From Antechinus flavipes (Eukaryota), in NCBI RefSeq assembly GCF_016432865.1, contig NC_067399.1, positions 679,334,001 through 679,398,000 on the forward strand: DNA of 64,000 nucleotides, read 5' to 3'. This document shows positions 12,682-25,085 of the stretch, piece after piece. Position numbers and translations under genes: made by a program. The notes beneath the pieces were generated by a model. It had not been told where the DNA came from. It saw only the letters and a list, made by a program, of their open reading frames with translations, and searched no databases. Each line of letters starts with the position of its first letter. The stretch's first letter is position 1.

Positions 12682-13004
12682 AAAGCGTATGTGAAGGCAC
12701 ATCCAGAAATGCCTATATGGACCAAGGAAATCACCCAGAACCCTCCTATTTTCAGGAATAATCGTGCGCCTTCTATTTCTAGGATTATTGTTGAGGACGC
12801 TATTTTGCAGAAGTCAGTATTGAGAGATGTGCATATTATGGAGGGAATGGTTCCCTAGGTGGTCTGCATGTTGAGAGTTTCACTTATATTATATTGGGAC
12901 GTTCGTCACAGACCTAAGAATTCCTCTATAATCCATATTCGGGAGATTCCTATTGAATACTCTGCCCTGAAGGGCAAATCTGTAGTTATTTGGAGGTTCT
13001 GTTT
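12682..13004 (+). mobile_element. Putative decayed Penelope-like element fragment (RT-endonuclease linker, Cys cluster, start of GIY-YIG region)
   Basis: Three-frame reconstruction: KEITQNPPIFRNNRAPSISRIIVEDAI..GMVP / RWSAC / EFLYNPYSGDSY*I..CSYLEVLF. Motif order resembles the remembered PLE pattern KEIFxxPPxxxxRxPxLxxxLV..GxxPCxxCxxC..FxHPxTGxxYxI..CxSxxVVY. Not verified by search. Confidence 0.45.
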
Positions 13005-13606
13005 TTTGGGTCTAAAAGAGCAAAGGCAAAGATCCCGGCACTTTTAACACATCTGGGGGAAGAGAAGACTCAGACACTTGATGGAAACGATGGCAGGCTG
13101 CCTCTCTCCCAATAGTTCCAGTGACATCATTTTGGGTCTTCTTCTTGTATCCTCCATGTCTTACATACAGCAAGCGCTTAATAAATGCTTGTCTTTTGTT
13201 GGGGTACAATTCCAAACAATCACTATGATCTTCACTTCTTCCAGAGTGGCCCTGGTCATCGTAAACACTAAGCAACAAACACTCCCGGTGTTTCACTGCT
13301 GCGTTCTATTCCTCTTGCTTCCACGCAGCATTCTAGGGGGATTATGGCTCTCTCTGATTCCTTCTTATTCTACCTGGGATGAGATGCCACCATTTTTCTA
13401 TCATCCACAAGCACAAGCTCTCCTCTCATCCCCCCCATTAGCTCAAACAGCCAATTCCTTTGTCAAGTAGAAGGCGAGACTGTCAATCTGCCACCCAACG
13501 GGAAGTGGGGATCGATTTTCCCGACTCAGCCACAGGTGAGCACGCTTAAGGGCCCAGGGACAAAGGACACAACGCCCAGGTCCGGGGCCGTGTCTCGCAC
13601 TCACCG

Positions 13607-13627
13607 TGATTGATGGCGGGCCATAAA
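13607..13627 (+). promoter_or_regulatory. PBX-HOX site next to a CDX/posterior-HOX site
   Basis: TGATTGATGG (13607-13616) and GCCATAAA (13620-13627); two further CATAATT motifs within 120 bp. Confidence 0.45.
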
Positions 13628-14169
13628 GGACATTTCCCCCATAATTCCCCTGCCTGCCCTGAGGATGGACAGCGTGCTCTCAGCAAGCAGGGACCTGTCT
13701 CACGTCATCCTTGGGGCAGCAGCCATAATTCTCCATGATAACTAGCAACTTGCTTGCCCAGTGATGTAGAACATCCAGCTGATATAATGCCAGGGTCAGT
13801 TTTTCTAATTGAATCTAAATAGTACCCCTTCAGGCAGAACCATAACTAGGGCAAGGTGACTGGAGCTTTGTCCTAGGGTGCCAAATGCAGAGGGGGATGA
13901 CAGTGCTGGTAATGCCCCAATAAAATAGCAATAATAGAAATGAGGCTCTAGTACAAAGGGCGGTGAAGAGTCACCCAGAGGGAGAGCAAAGCTGAGGGCT
14001 TGTCAAGTAGTCCAAGAGAAGGTGAGGGGAGAGAGTGGGGGGGGGAGGAAGGAGGGAGAGGGAGAGGAAAGAAGAAAAAGGAGGAGGAGGAGGAGAGAGG
14101 CAGGGAGGGAAGGAGGGAGACAGAGACAAAGAGACAGAGAAAGACAGACAGAGAAGATGCTCTCCAGAG

Positions 14170-15900
14170 TTTCAGCTAGGGTTTGACTCACGCCCCTGGG
14201 TTTGACGGAAGCTATGACCAGAAAGGTTTTGCTGCAGTCGGTGCAGTGCACAGCGCACAGAAGCCGATCCCTGGAGCTCGTGTCTGAGGACATAAGCTGC
14301 GGGACTTTTGGCAAAGGCTTTAACCGTCTGGACGGTGATTTCCAGCCTGGAATCCGAGGCCGGCCTGGCTCTCAGTCGTCTTTTAGGGATCAGACGATGC
14401 ACCGAGTGCAAGGAGAGGCCCCAGACAGTCTCTGCTCCGAGGACCTCCCAGGCTAATGAAGGCGACTAGAGGCAAATGGCCAAGGACGAACAGGCCCCGG
14501 GCCAGCCACGTCGTGGGTCGTCTCTGATGGAGACACTAAGTTCTGGGGACCCGGGACCCGCAGTGGGGTTTGGGCCGAGGCTGGGAAGGCAGGAGCCCCA
14601 AATCATGTGTGAGAGGAGGGATGGGTTCCCTTCGTGTCTCAGCTGAAGTCCCGACCTCCACAAGAAGCCACAGTTGGCTCGTGTTCAAAGGCCCCCGCCC
14701 AGGGGTCTCCCCGGTGCTTAAGAAAACCCGAAGGGCTCGTTCTCCCCGTGCTGCCCTGCTGGGGGGGGGGTGAGATGGCCACGGCCAATCAGAGACGTCC
14801 GTGTGCCCGGCGCTGCCCTGGGCCTCCTCTCAGGAAGCTCCCGTCCTGAACACCTGCCGCCTGCCACTTGTGCCCGGGAGCCCGAGATCTGGGCTCAGCT
14901 ATGGGAACGAGGAAGGGGAAACAGAAAAGATGATGGTGGAGAATTAGAGTTGCCATGGAGGGTGTGCTCCAGACCAGAGAAGGAGAGAGACCCCAGAACG
15001 CTTGGGAGGTTTCCCCGTCCGTGAGAGCGTGAGCGAGCTGGAGAAGCACAGACAAGGCCCAGACTTGCCCGCGCCTGTGACCTCCCTGGGAAGATGAAGG
15101 TACGAGGCCCCATGTGGACATGGGGTTGGCTCGTGGGCAGCCATCCTGCTTCCCCGAGATGCTCAGTCTCAGGGGGCTGCGAAGCTTCTCAGATCCCTCT
15201 GGGAGAGCCCATGTCCCATGGGCAGCCACCTTCTCTACCAGGAGGTGAGGAGGGAGAAATTTGGATTCCTGCTCCAGTGTGACCATGTCAAGAAATCTGA
15301 GACGTGTTTCCTTAACGGGCATCAAGTTCACCTCCCCCAAGGGAGCACAAGCAACGAGGGGACTTGCGGTCAGCGTCTTTGGCCCAGCCGGGCCCTGGAA
15401 CGGACCGTTAAGTTCTAGCTAGGGGTGAATGGAAGAAAGGCTTTTGGAGATTGTCTTTGGGAATGGCCTGGGACGCTCAGTCACCTCAGGCTGCCTCTTG
15501 GGCCCCAGCCCCCCTTGCTGGCAGCGTCTGTCCCTGGGGTCCTGTGTGGCAGAGACTTGAAGTGCCTTCTGCTCCCAGGGGCAGGAAGCCGTCTCTTAGC
15601 TAATAATCACAACAAACACTTTCTCCCGTCGGGACCTGGTGAGGTTGGGGGGGAGGGGGAGAGCGTGATCATTTCTTCCTCCACTCAACTCCAGGAACAC
15701 TACCAGGTCTCGGGAACATGGGCCCCTGCGAATGATCCGAATGGATGGAGACTCTGTCCCTCACAGGCCAGGCCCGCCCCGTTCAGAAACGTCACGTCCC
15801 TCAGAAAGGACAATATCTTCCGATTATATGTCAGACTAGGATGGGCCTCTGGGGACGAAGCGGGTAAATGGCTTGTCACAAAGCACTGAGCAACAGGGAC
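14170..15900. promoter_or_regulatory. GC/CpG-rich patch, partly on degenerate MIR-like sequence
   Basis: Many CpGs; MIR3-like tail remnant near 15250-15420. Confidence 0.4.
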
Positions 15901-16489
15901 AGGTTTGGGACCAAGTCCTCGGAAGGCAGAGCTTTTTCTGCTAGAATTCCTACAAGGGGCGAAGTCAGTGGGAGTGATAGAGACAATGGTTGTTTAGCGT
16001 GGAGCTTAACAGTTCTCTAGATGTCCTTAGTACTTACTACAGTCCCACAAGATTTACACCTTTAAGAAAGCGTATATAAGCTGGGAACATCAGCCAGGAT
16101 TCAGTCGGGGACATTCAGAAGCCAGAGATGCAGGAGGGGAGAACAAAGGAAGACAGAGAAGGGGTGGCGGGCTGTTCTGTGGAGAACAGGGAAACCAAGA
16201 TCCAGAAGGCCTCCGGAAAACCAGCCAAGTCCCAAGTGAAGGAAAGAGACAATAAAGGATCTGGACTTTAACTCCTGGCTGCATTCGGGGTGATTACTCT
16301 GAACTGAAACCAAGGCTGCCTCCAGAAGCCCCCCAAGAAACCTGCTCCCAGAAAACTTTATATTTTAGAGAAGAACATTTTTCCAGTAGCACACCGCCTT
16401 CTGAAATGGCACAGGACTTTTCATACAGAAAGTAAAGAGTGGTAATCCGGGGGCCCCTACAGAAGACCCAGCCCAGAGGAAGTGATCGG

Positions 16490-16740
16490 TTCTCTTCCCT
16501 CCTCTTCTAACTCTTTTCTTTTCATTCTCTCTCCTCTTCTTTTTTCATCCTTCTCTTCCTCTCTCCCTCTCTCTCTCCCCCCTTCCTTTCTCCCCACCTT
16601 TCCATCTCTTTCTCCCTCCTTATTCCTTTTTCTTCCTCTTCAATCTATATCTTTTCTCTCCTTCCCCCTTTCCCTCATCCTTTCCCTCTCCCTCTTCTCC
16701 CTCCTCTCTCTCTCTCTCTTCCCCTGCCTCCTCACCCTTA
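16490..16740. repeat. CT-rich low-complexity tract
   Basis: Nearly pure pyrimidine on the + strand. Confidence 0.9.
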
Positions 16741-19700
16741 GTTTTTAGCTCAGAAGTTGCCATTATTTGGAGTAAAGGTAGTCCCACCTGGGCTCACTAG
16801 ACATTATCTAATTCACATTATTTACTGGAATGCTTCTTGCCTTATATCCTTAGGGTTCCTGTTGAGGATTATAGTCTCAATTTATAGAAGTCATTTTGAT
16901 GGATTTATATGTTTGTACTGAGCCATAAATTTCCCCAAAGAATCCTTGTGTGGCCAGTTCTCGTTATATAGCTCTTTCCCTTTCCTTCTCCAGCAAAATG
17001 ATCTGTTTGTTCAGGGGGTTTCAGCCAGCTGGGTGTCCTGTTGAGCATTTTCAAAAAGAAGCCCAGCTTCTAGGCCAGAGACACCGTAACTGGGACCAGA
17101 AAATTGCACCCCCAGGCAGAAGAGGCTTTAGATACTACTTGGAACCCCAAGCAACTCAAGCTCTCTCACACAGTCCAATGCAGATTTGAGTGTAATCAAC
17201 ATATAGGAAATCTTTTAGATCTTGCCATAGACATGACCCTCCAAATCTTGTCACCAAGCCTTTGCCTAGGCTGTCCCTCAGCCCTGGGATGCCCTCTCAC
17301 CTGCCTTCTACCTCTTAGAATTCTTAGTTTCCTTCAAAATCCAACTTCTACCGCCTCCTACAGGGGCTCTTCCTGATCCTTGCCCAACTAGGAGCCCTTC
17401 CCTTCTGGAATGACTTTGTGCTTATGTGGACTCCTCTGACAGTGATCAGCTTTGAGGTCTGGGGCCTGTATTCTCTTTGTGATACTAAAAGCTAACGCGG
17501 TGTCTGGTACAAAGAAAAAAGGCTGGATTGGCTGGTTGATACCAATGGTGGGCACCAATTCTGTCTAGTCTCTAGGGATTTCTGCCTTTGGGGCAAACTC
17601 TCTTAGAAGAGAACACAACAAGTTCGGTGCTACCCCTTGTGGAAGGTGGGAGCCCCAGCCAACTGGTTCGATGGGTAGAGACTTCATTGTACTGGTGCCC
17701 TCAACCCATGGACTCATGACAGAACTTTGCCTGGGGCAAAATCCCACTTTCCTTTCCCCCAACCCCAGCTTAATTCTCTTTATGTTCAACTTTTTTCCTC
17801 TTATATTCTCCAGCACCATTGCTCAACTATTCTTCACCAATNNNNNNNNNNNNNNNNNNNNNNNNNNNNNNNNNNNNNNNNNNNNNNNNNNNNNNNNNNN
17901 NNNNNNNNNNNNNNNNNNNNNNNNNNNNNNNNNNNNNNNNNNNNNNNNNNNNNNNNNNNNNNNNNNNNNNNNNNNNNNNNNNNNNNNNNNNNNNNNNNNN
18001 NNNNNNNNNNNNNNNNNNNNNNNNNNNNNCTTCCTGAATTCAAATCTTATCTCAGACATTCACTGTGTGACTTTCGCCCTTGCATAAAGCCATACCATAA
18101 AGCAAATATTTTTAAAGACAAAAAGAGAGAAAAAATTGGCATAGCAGATAAATGAATCCCCCCCAAGAGTTTTTTAAGCCTAAAACTATGTGCAAGGTAA
18201 AATTATGCATCTCCCACTTCTACAAAGGGATGGCATGAGGATTTCTTATGTTTCTTAATTTATGTGTTTTATGTTGATGAAAAATTCAATCACTGCATTC
18301 CCTTATGAGAGAAACTGAGGTTGGGGGGTATGGCAGGATTTTGTCTGGTGAAAGAGACAGTGCAGCCAGGTCATTCTGACCCTACAGCTTCCCGGGTCCC
18401 CTTTGTTCTGGGTTCACCCTAAAGATGTGGGTCAACTCCAGACAAAAACGGGCCAAATTTAAGGGGAACTCAGTGGAATCCCCCAAATGGTCCCCAGAAC
18501 CAGGACTGATCTGGATTGATACAACCAGACTGTAGCAAGCTTAAATGACATATTGTAACATGTGTATAAATAAAATATATATATGTATACCTATAAGATA
18601 TGTATGCAATATGCATAAGATTTGTTAAGTGCCAGAGAACACATGACACTGATTAAACAGTATGTAGGTGAGGTTTGGGTGCCATTGAGAAGTCTCCCCA
18701 GTCAGGAGAGCAGGGCCTCTGCATGGGCTAAGAGCTAAGGGAAGGAGTCATGGCATAAAGGTGGCCCCTAAAACCACTCCTGATTCTTTGAGAAGTCAGG
18801 GAGGGAAAAGGTAGGCTGCCTGACCTCTCTGACCTCCTCAGTTAGATCTGCCTGGGGAATGCAAGCACAGGACTTCATTTCTAGAAGACAATTATGTCAA
18901 GGAAAAGGGTGACTTGTTCTCCTCAGGGCTTCTGCAGGGAAGAGAAGTCCTAAGGCAAAGTTTGCTCAGAAAGATTGACCCTGTGGAAACCAAAGACTTT
19001 TGTAACTTCTGTGAGCAAAGCTTTCCTGAGAAGGTCCAAGTGGCCCTTTTTGCCTCAGACCTNNNNNNNNNNNNNNNNNNNNNNNNNNNNNNNNNNNNNN
19101 NNNNNNNNNNNNNNNNNNNNNNNNNNNNNNNNNNNNNNNNNNNNNNNNNNNNNNNNNNNNNNNNNNNNNNNNNNNNNNNNNNNNNNNNNNNNNNNNNNNN
19201 NNNNNNNNNNNNNNNNNNNNNNNNNNNNNNNNNNNNNNNNNNNNNNNNNNNNNNNNNNNNNNNNNNNNNNNNNNNNNNNNNNNNNNNNNNNNNNNNNNNN
19301 NNNNNNNNNNNNNNNNNNNNNNNNNNNNNNNNNNNNNNNNNNNNNNNNNNNNNNNNNNNNNNNNNNNNNNNNNNNNNNNNNNNNNNNNNNNNNNNNNNNN
19401 NNNNNNNNNNNNNNNNNNNNNNNNNNNNNNNNNNNNNNNNNNNNNNNNNNNNNNNNNNNNNNNNNNNNNNNNNNNNNNNNNNNNNNNNNNNNNNNNNNNN
19501 NNNNNNNNNNNNNNNNNNNNNNNNNNNNNNNNNNNNNNNNNNNNNNNNNNNNNNNNNNNNNNGGAAGAGCAGTCAGAGTCACTCTGCCTCAGGAGTATGA
19601 TGTTAAGATAATTGTAGGCAAGGATTATAGGGACAAGCCAGAGACTCACTTTGTGGCAGGACTAGGAAGAGAGAAGTTGGTGACTTTGAACTTGAGAATC

Positions 19701-19849
19701 CAGGAGCCTTGTTCCAGTTTGTATTTTTCCTTTACTTCTTCCCCTAAAGACCAAGGACTGTAATTTATCCTGACTCTGGCTGATCCTGAGGCCTCCAGGG
19801 ATCTAGCCTGGACTTTATACAAGGTATATTGAATACTTAAATAAATTAA

Positions 19850-20260
19850 ATAAGAAAAACATTTTTAAATAAATAATATAAAAATCATATATATACTTTG
19901 AGGACACAACAAGGTAATATGAATAGATTCTATATAAGTTAACTGACAAAAGTACTGTTAACCTAATGAAACTACCAAGGGGATGACTCATGAAACTAAA
20001 TAAAATAATAACAACATTCATTTATAAGAACAAAACTCCCAGAATCTCAAGGGAAATTCTAGAGAGTTATACAATATATAATTACCAGAGAAAAAGAGAA
20101 TATCCAAATTACATATGTAGAATTTATTCTTTTTGTAAATTATTTTCAATTTGTTTGAATCCTTAGTTTTATTATCATATAATTTTGAATGGATATTTAG
20201 TTTAGATAAGTCTTTGTATTCCTTCTCTATTTGAGAACAAAATATTGAAATGATAAAAGT
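19850..20260 (+). mobile_element. Old L1 ORF2 fragment
   Basis: taatgaaactaccaagggg..aaataataacaacattcatttataagaacaaaa..agaatctcaaggga resembles the L1 ORF2 post-RT region. Confidence 0.65.
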
Positions 20261-20264
20261 ATGA

Positions 20265-20820
20265 AATAATAATGGCTAACATTTATATAAACCCAAAAGG
20301 TTTACAAAACATTTCACGTAAATTAATTTGTTACATTTTTCCAGAAATCTAGAGAGACTCCATTCCTATTAATTTTTCCAGGTAAGGAAAGGGTGGTTGA
20401 AAGAATGACTTGCCTAGAGTCACACAGCTAAGAAATTGGAGCAAAATTAGAACTAGAAGTAGAAATTGATTTTTCTCTTTAAAAAGGCACATATTCTAAA
20501 GGTCTATTTATTTATTTAAGTCTTTAAGAAGAAGACTTTTAATTTTATTTATCATTTTAGGGAATGAAGGATACAAGTATTTATATAGGATCTACTGCAT
20601 ATCAAGTATGGTGCTAAGTGCTTTACACAAAGTGCATTTGACTCTCAAAAGACAAGTAGGAAGTTGGTGTAATTATGATCTTATTTAACAGATGGAGAAA
20701 AAGAAGCAGACTCGGTTTATGTGACTTGCCTGGGGCACACAACCATCCAGTGTTCAAGGCTAGATTGGAATTCAGATTTTCCTGACTCAGAACCCAGCAA
20801 TCATCTGCTAAACCACAAAG
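20265..20820 (-). mobile_element. Two MIR SINEs
   Basis: aataatggctaacatttata..gacttgcctagagtcacacagctaa; ggtgctaagtgcttta..gtgacttgcctggggcacaca. Confidence 0.75.
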
Positions 20821-20869
20821 CTGCCCATGTCTTTGTGTTTTCTAATTTATCCCTATCTCTTCTAGTTTG

Positions 20870-22330
20870 AAAGATTATTTTTTTTCTATTGTGCTCACTT
20901 GGGGTTTATTTCTTCATCTTCTTGTTTATTCTTCATTATATAACCAGTTCATTAATTCTTTCTTTTTTGCTTTCTCCAAAGATGTGTATTTTTGGAGAGA
21001 TTTTTCCCCTTCTAATACATGTAACTGCATCCTAGACAGTTTGGTACATTACTTTGTTGTTTTCCTTCTCTTTCCTAGCCATTAATTCTTTATGTGATTT
21101 ATTCTTTGACCCACTAATTAATCAGTCTACCATTAAGTCTCCAGGCCTGTTGTTTTTTCTCATCTTGCCTGTGCTAGTAACTATTTTAATTATGTTATGA
21201 ACTATAAATATTGCAGTTATTATTTTTTATTTTCATGTAATTTGACATTTCTCTCTTTCACAACACATGGGCAAGTTTTACAAATAGATGCATTTTGTAC
21301 ATTTCTATATGTCCTCGTGTATGTGTGTTTTGTCCAAGAAAGGCTTTAATTTAATGTAATAAAATTTTTTACTCTTTTATTATTTTCTATATCCTTTATT
21401 TAATTAATAACTTTCCTCTCACCCATATTTGAGGAAAATAATGGACATAGCTCTCCTAAATTTCNNNNNNNNNNNNNNNNNNNNNNNNNNNNNNNNNNNN
21501 NNNNNNNNNNNNNNNNNNNNNNNNNNNNNNNNNNNNNNNNNNNNNNNNNNNNNNNNNNNNNNNNNNNNNNNNNNNNNNNNNNNNNNNNNNNNNNNNNNNN
21601 NNNNNNNNNNNNNNNNNNNNNNNNNNNNNNNNNNNNNNNNNNNNNNNNNNNNNNNNNNNNNNNNNNNNNNNNNNNNNNNNNNNNNNNNNNNNNNNNNNNN
21701 NNNNNNNNNNNNNNNNNNNNNNNNNNNNNNNNNNNNNNNNNNNNNNNNNNNNNNNNNNNNNNNNNNNNNNNNNNNNNNNNNNNNNNNNNNNNNNNNNNNN
21801 NNNNNNNNNNNNNNNNNNNNNNNNNNNNNNNNNNNNNNNNNNNNNNNNNNNNNNNNNNNNNNNNNNNNNNNNNNNNNNNNNNNNNNNNNNNNNNNNNNNN
21901 NNNNNNNNNNNNNNNNNNNNNNNNNNNNNNNNNNNNNNNNNNNNNNNNNNNNNNNNNNNNNNNNNNNNNNNNNNNNNNTCTTATATATTCAAGTACCATA
22001 CAATTTGGGAGTGCTACATAGTATATGTTGATCAGACTCAAATATTTACCAAGTAACATATTTGAGGAAGATAACGATCTTAGCTTTCCTAATTTTCTTT
22101 CTATCTTTCTTTAATGGTATGACTTTATATATTCAACTTCCATACAAATTTGGAGTGGTACATAGTATAATATGTTGATCAGAATCTAATTTTTGCCAAA
22201 TTTTTTTTTCAGTTTTTCAGCAATTTTTTATTAAATAATGAGTTTTTTTCCAATTATTTAATATGATATTCTCACGTTAATCAAATATTGGATTAATGAT
22301 TTCAATTACCTTAGTTGTTATTGTTCTGCT
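20870..22330 (-). mobile_element. Old L1 fragments with an internal tandem duplication around a gap
   Basis: ttaattctttatgtgatttattctttgacccact and similar; 21981-22045 repeats at 22125-22190. Confidence 0.6.
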
Positions 22331-22539
22331 TATTAATTGTGTGGGTTTTTTTTTTTTAATTTTAACCAACACTGGCACTGATTTCCCTTAGTAGGAGTTC
22401 TTCATGAGGCAGAAATCACAGTGTCAGGAAGGCACATGTATTTAGGTAGAGAGGGAATTGAGACACAGTAGCAAAGAGTTTAGAATATTGTGCTTTCTAA
22501 TTTGAGGTCTGGAAAGGCTATTATTCTTTTTTCAAAATA

Positions 22540-22845
22540 GAGGATGCAATCTGCATCCAGAGAGAAAGAACTGAATGTGGATCAAGCTTAGTATTTTCAC
22601 CTTTGTTTGCTTTTTCTTTCTCATTTTTTTTTACATTTGTCTGATTTCTCTTGTACAACATGACAAATATGAAAATATGTTTAAAAGAATTACTCATGTT
22701 TAACCTTTATAAGATTGCTTGCTGTTTGGGCGAGTATAAGGGAAGGAAAGAGAAAAAAAAATCTGGAAAACAAAGTCTTACAAAAACGAACATTGAAAAC
22801 TATCTTTACATGTGTTTAGAAAATAAAGTACTCTTGAAAATAAAA
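22540..22845 (+). mobile_element. L1 3' UTR
   Basis: gcatccagagagaaagaactg..tctgatttctcttgtacaacatgac..tgtttaacc..aaaataaa. Confidence 0.85.
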
Positions 22846-23084
22846 TAGGGAGCAGAGAAAAAGGCAGAAAATGAAACAGAAAACTTTGGTTTCAGTACAT
22901 TGAAACACTGAATAGACAAAATTAATGGAGTGAGGGTGGAAAGTGAAGGTCTTGATTGGGAAAAATTACATCAATAATATTTGAGAGGGTGTAGTATCCA
23001 AAGTGTACAAGTCATTGACCCATAGGGTATTCAATAATATTACCCAATGGATCAATTCTCAAAGGATAAATGGTTCTCTGAAGA

Positions 23085-23480
23085 AGGCAATAAGAAGACA
23101 ACTTAAGCACTTAACACATACTTGTTTTGTGACTGGCACTGTGCTAAGCACAGTATCTACAGATACAAGCAGAAAGAAAGACAGGTTCTTTCCTCAGGGA
23201 GCTTATACTCTAGTGGGGGAGATGTTACCCAAAAAGCAGAGGGTGAAGGCCCCATGTTGGGCCATGAATAAAGTACAAAATATCGGAAACAGCCATGAAG
23301 AGAAGGAAGGGTGGATGCCCTGAACCTTTCAAAAAAGTAGAGGCCTGGGGGAAGGAAGTTCCAGGCTAAGAAGGTCCCAGGGGACAATGGACAGTCCAAG
23401 ACCAAAAATTCCCTCAAGCGCTGAGGGAACATCCAGAGTGAGAAAGCTGCATGGCAAAGTCTGAAAAGCCAGGAGTTGAG
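23085..23480 (-). mobile_element. L2 3' fragment
   Basis: ggcactgtgctaagcac..gatacaagc..cctcagggagcttatactctagtggggga. Confidence 0.75.
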
Positions 23481-23667
23481 TCAGGAGGGGAATGAAATGT
23501 AGATTTAGGGGTCAAAATCTGAAATCTAAGTGATTAAAATGATCCATCTTGGTCCCAGAAAAGGACTTGAGAAAACCCACCATTTTCCCTTCACCATAGA
23601 AGTGAGGGCCTATGAGTGATAAATGTTGCATAGAATATTAGACATGGTTTTTTTTCCCATAATTATA

Positions 23668-23830
23668 ACTTTTTATTGACAGAACCCATACCCAGGTAAT
23701 TTTTTTACAACATTATCCCTTGCACTCACTTCTGTTCTGACTTTTCCCTTCTCTCCTTCCACCCCCTCCCCCAGATGGCAAGCAATCCTATACATGTTAT
23801 GTAGAACATCAGACATGTTTGAATGGGTTT
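23668..23830 (-). mobile_element. Young-type L1 3' end
   Basis: ttttattgacagaacccatacccaggtaatttttttacaacattatcccttgcactcacttctgttc. Confidence 0.85.
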
Positions 23831-24284
23831 GCTGAGCTGCCTTCTTAAAAACAAAAGACAAAACAAAAATAAAAAGTCTCTGTGATTATGACTTTCTGGA
23901 AAAGGGAAGGGGAAAACACCTTCCAGAGGGAATGTAAGAGGAAAATCATCCTTTGCAGAGCCAAGAAGTAATTACCAAACCTCAGCACATTTCTTGGGTC
24001 TGGCCCCTTTCCTCCACACTTCCAGCTGCCCCTGATTTCAGGGATTAAACTAACCTACTCTTTTTACAGCAAGACCTCCTCCCTCCTCATAAGTCCAGTT
24101 CATCTTCCAGGTGTGTCAAGGAGAACTTCCTCATTCATGGATCTGACTGTGTCTCTTCCCACTTACCCAAGGCTGATGTCTCCTTATTGCCTTTAGAATA
24201 AAATGTAAATATTATTATTATTTTAGCTTTGTAAGCCTCTGCACTTCAAACTGCACTGAGACTTTTGGGACACCTTGTACCTGA

Positions 24285-25085
24285 ATAATACACACATATA
24301 GTCACACATACTTGCTCACACGTATACATGTATGTGCATGTGGACATACAGTTTTATTTACATACTTACACATATACATAATATGCATATCTACACACAA
24401 ATCCATGTATACAAACATGCACAAAATGTATCCACACACATGTACATTGTATATTTATACACAAACCTACATGTATGCACACAAATGCACAGAATAATGT
24501 ATACACACAATAGACACACATGCATACACACACACACACACATATAAAACATTTCTAGAAACACACAGGTTCACCTACACAGGATGTCTAAGGGGCCTCA
24601 TAATGCACAGAGAACCAGCCCAGAATCAGGAATTCGCATCTTCTTTACTAGACACTAACTGTCTGACCCTGTCTAGTCACATATTCCTGTCTGTCTCAGT
24701 TTCCTCACATGTAAAATGGGCTAGAGAAGAAAATGGCAAACCACGCCATTATCTTTGCCAAGAAAATCCCAAATGAAGAGTTGGGAAGATTAAAAAATGG
24801 CTGAACCACAAAATACATATATACCAAATAAACAAGTCTACCCACATACATGTACATGTGCATATAAAACATCCCGATACACATGTGTACACACACACAG
24901 ATAACACATACATGCACACATACAAACACATTAGTATAAAACACAAGAACATGTTCATGCACACAGACATATATGCGTGTACAACCACACAAATCTGCAC
25001 AAGCATTTTCATACACATAATATAACATGTGCACATACATTGACATGTGAGTACATACATGTACACATATAAGTATATGCATATG
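24285..25085. repeat. CA/TA-rich low-complexity tract interrupted by a Mar1-like SINE at about 24615-24810 (+)
   Basis: ACAC/ATAC repeats; tctcagtttcctcacatgtaaaatgggctagagaagaaaatggcaaaccac..tatctttgccaagaaaatcccaaa. Confidence 0.85.

Noticed and set aside
12780-12835. IIVEDAILQK resembling filovirus NP IVKTVLDHILQK (endogenous viral element idea)
   Set aside because: Similarity is limited to about 10 residues; neighbouring sequence does not match NP as I recall it, and the PLE pattern fits over a longer span
18914-19763. ORFs of 175-262 aa
   Set aside because: Length comes from N-runs; likewise 21400-22059, 37053-37766 and 62434-62901
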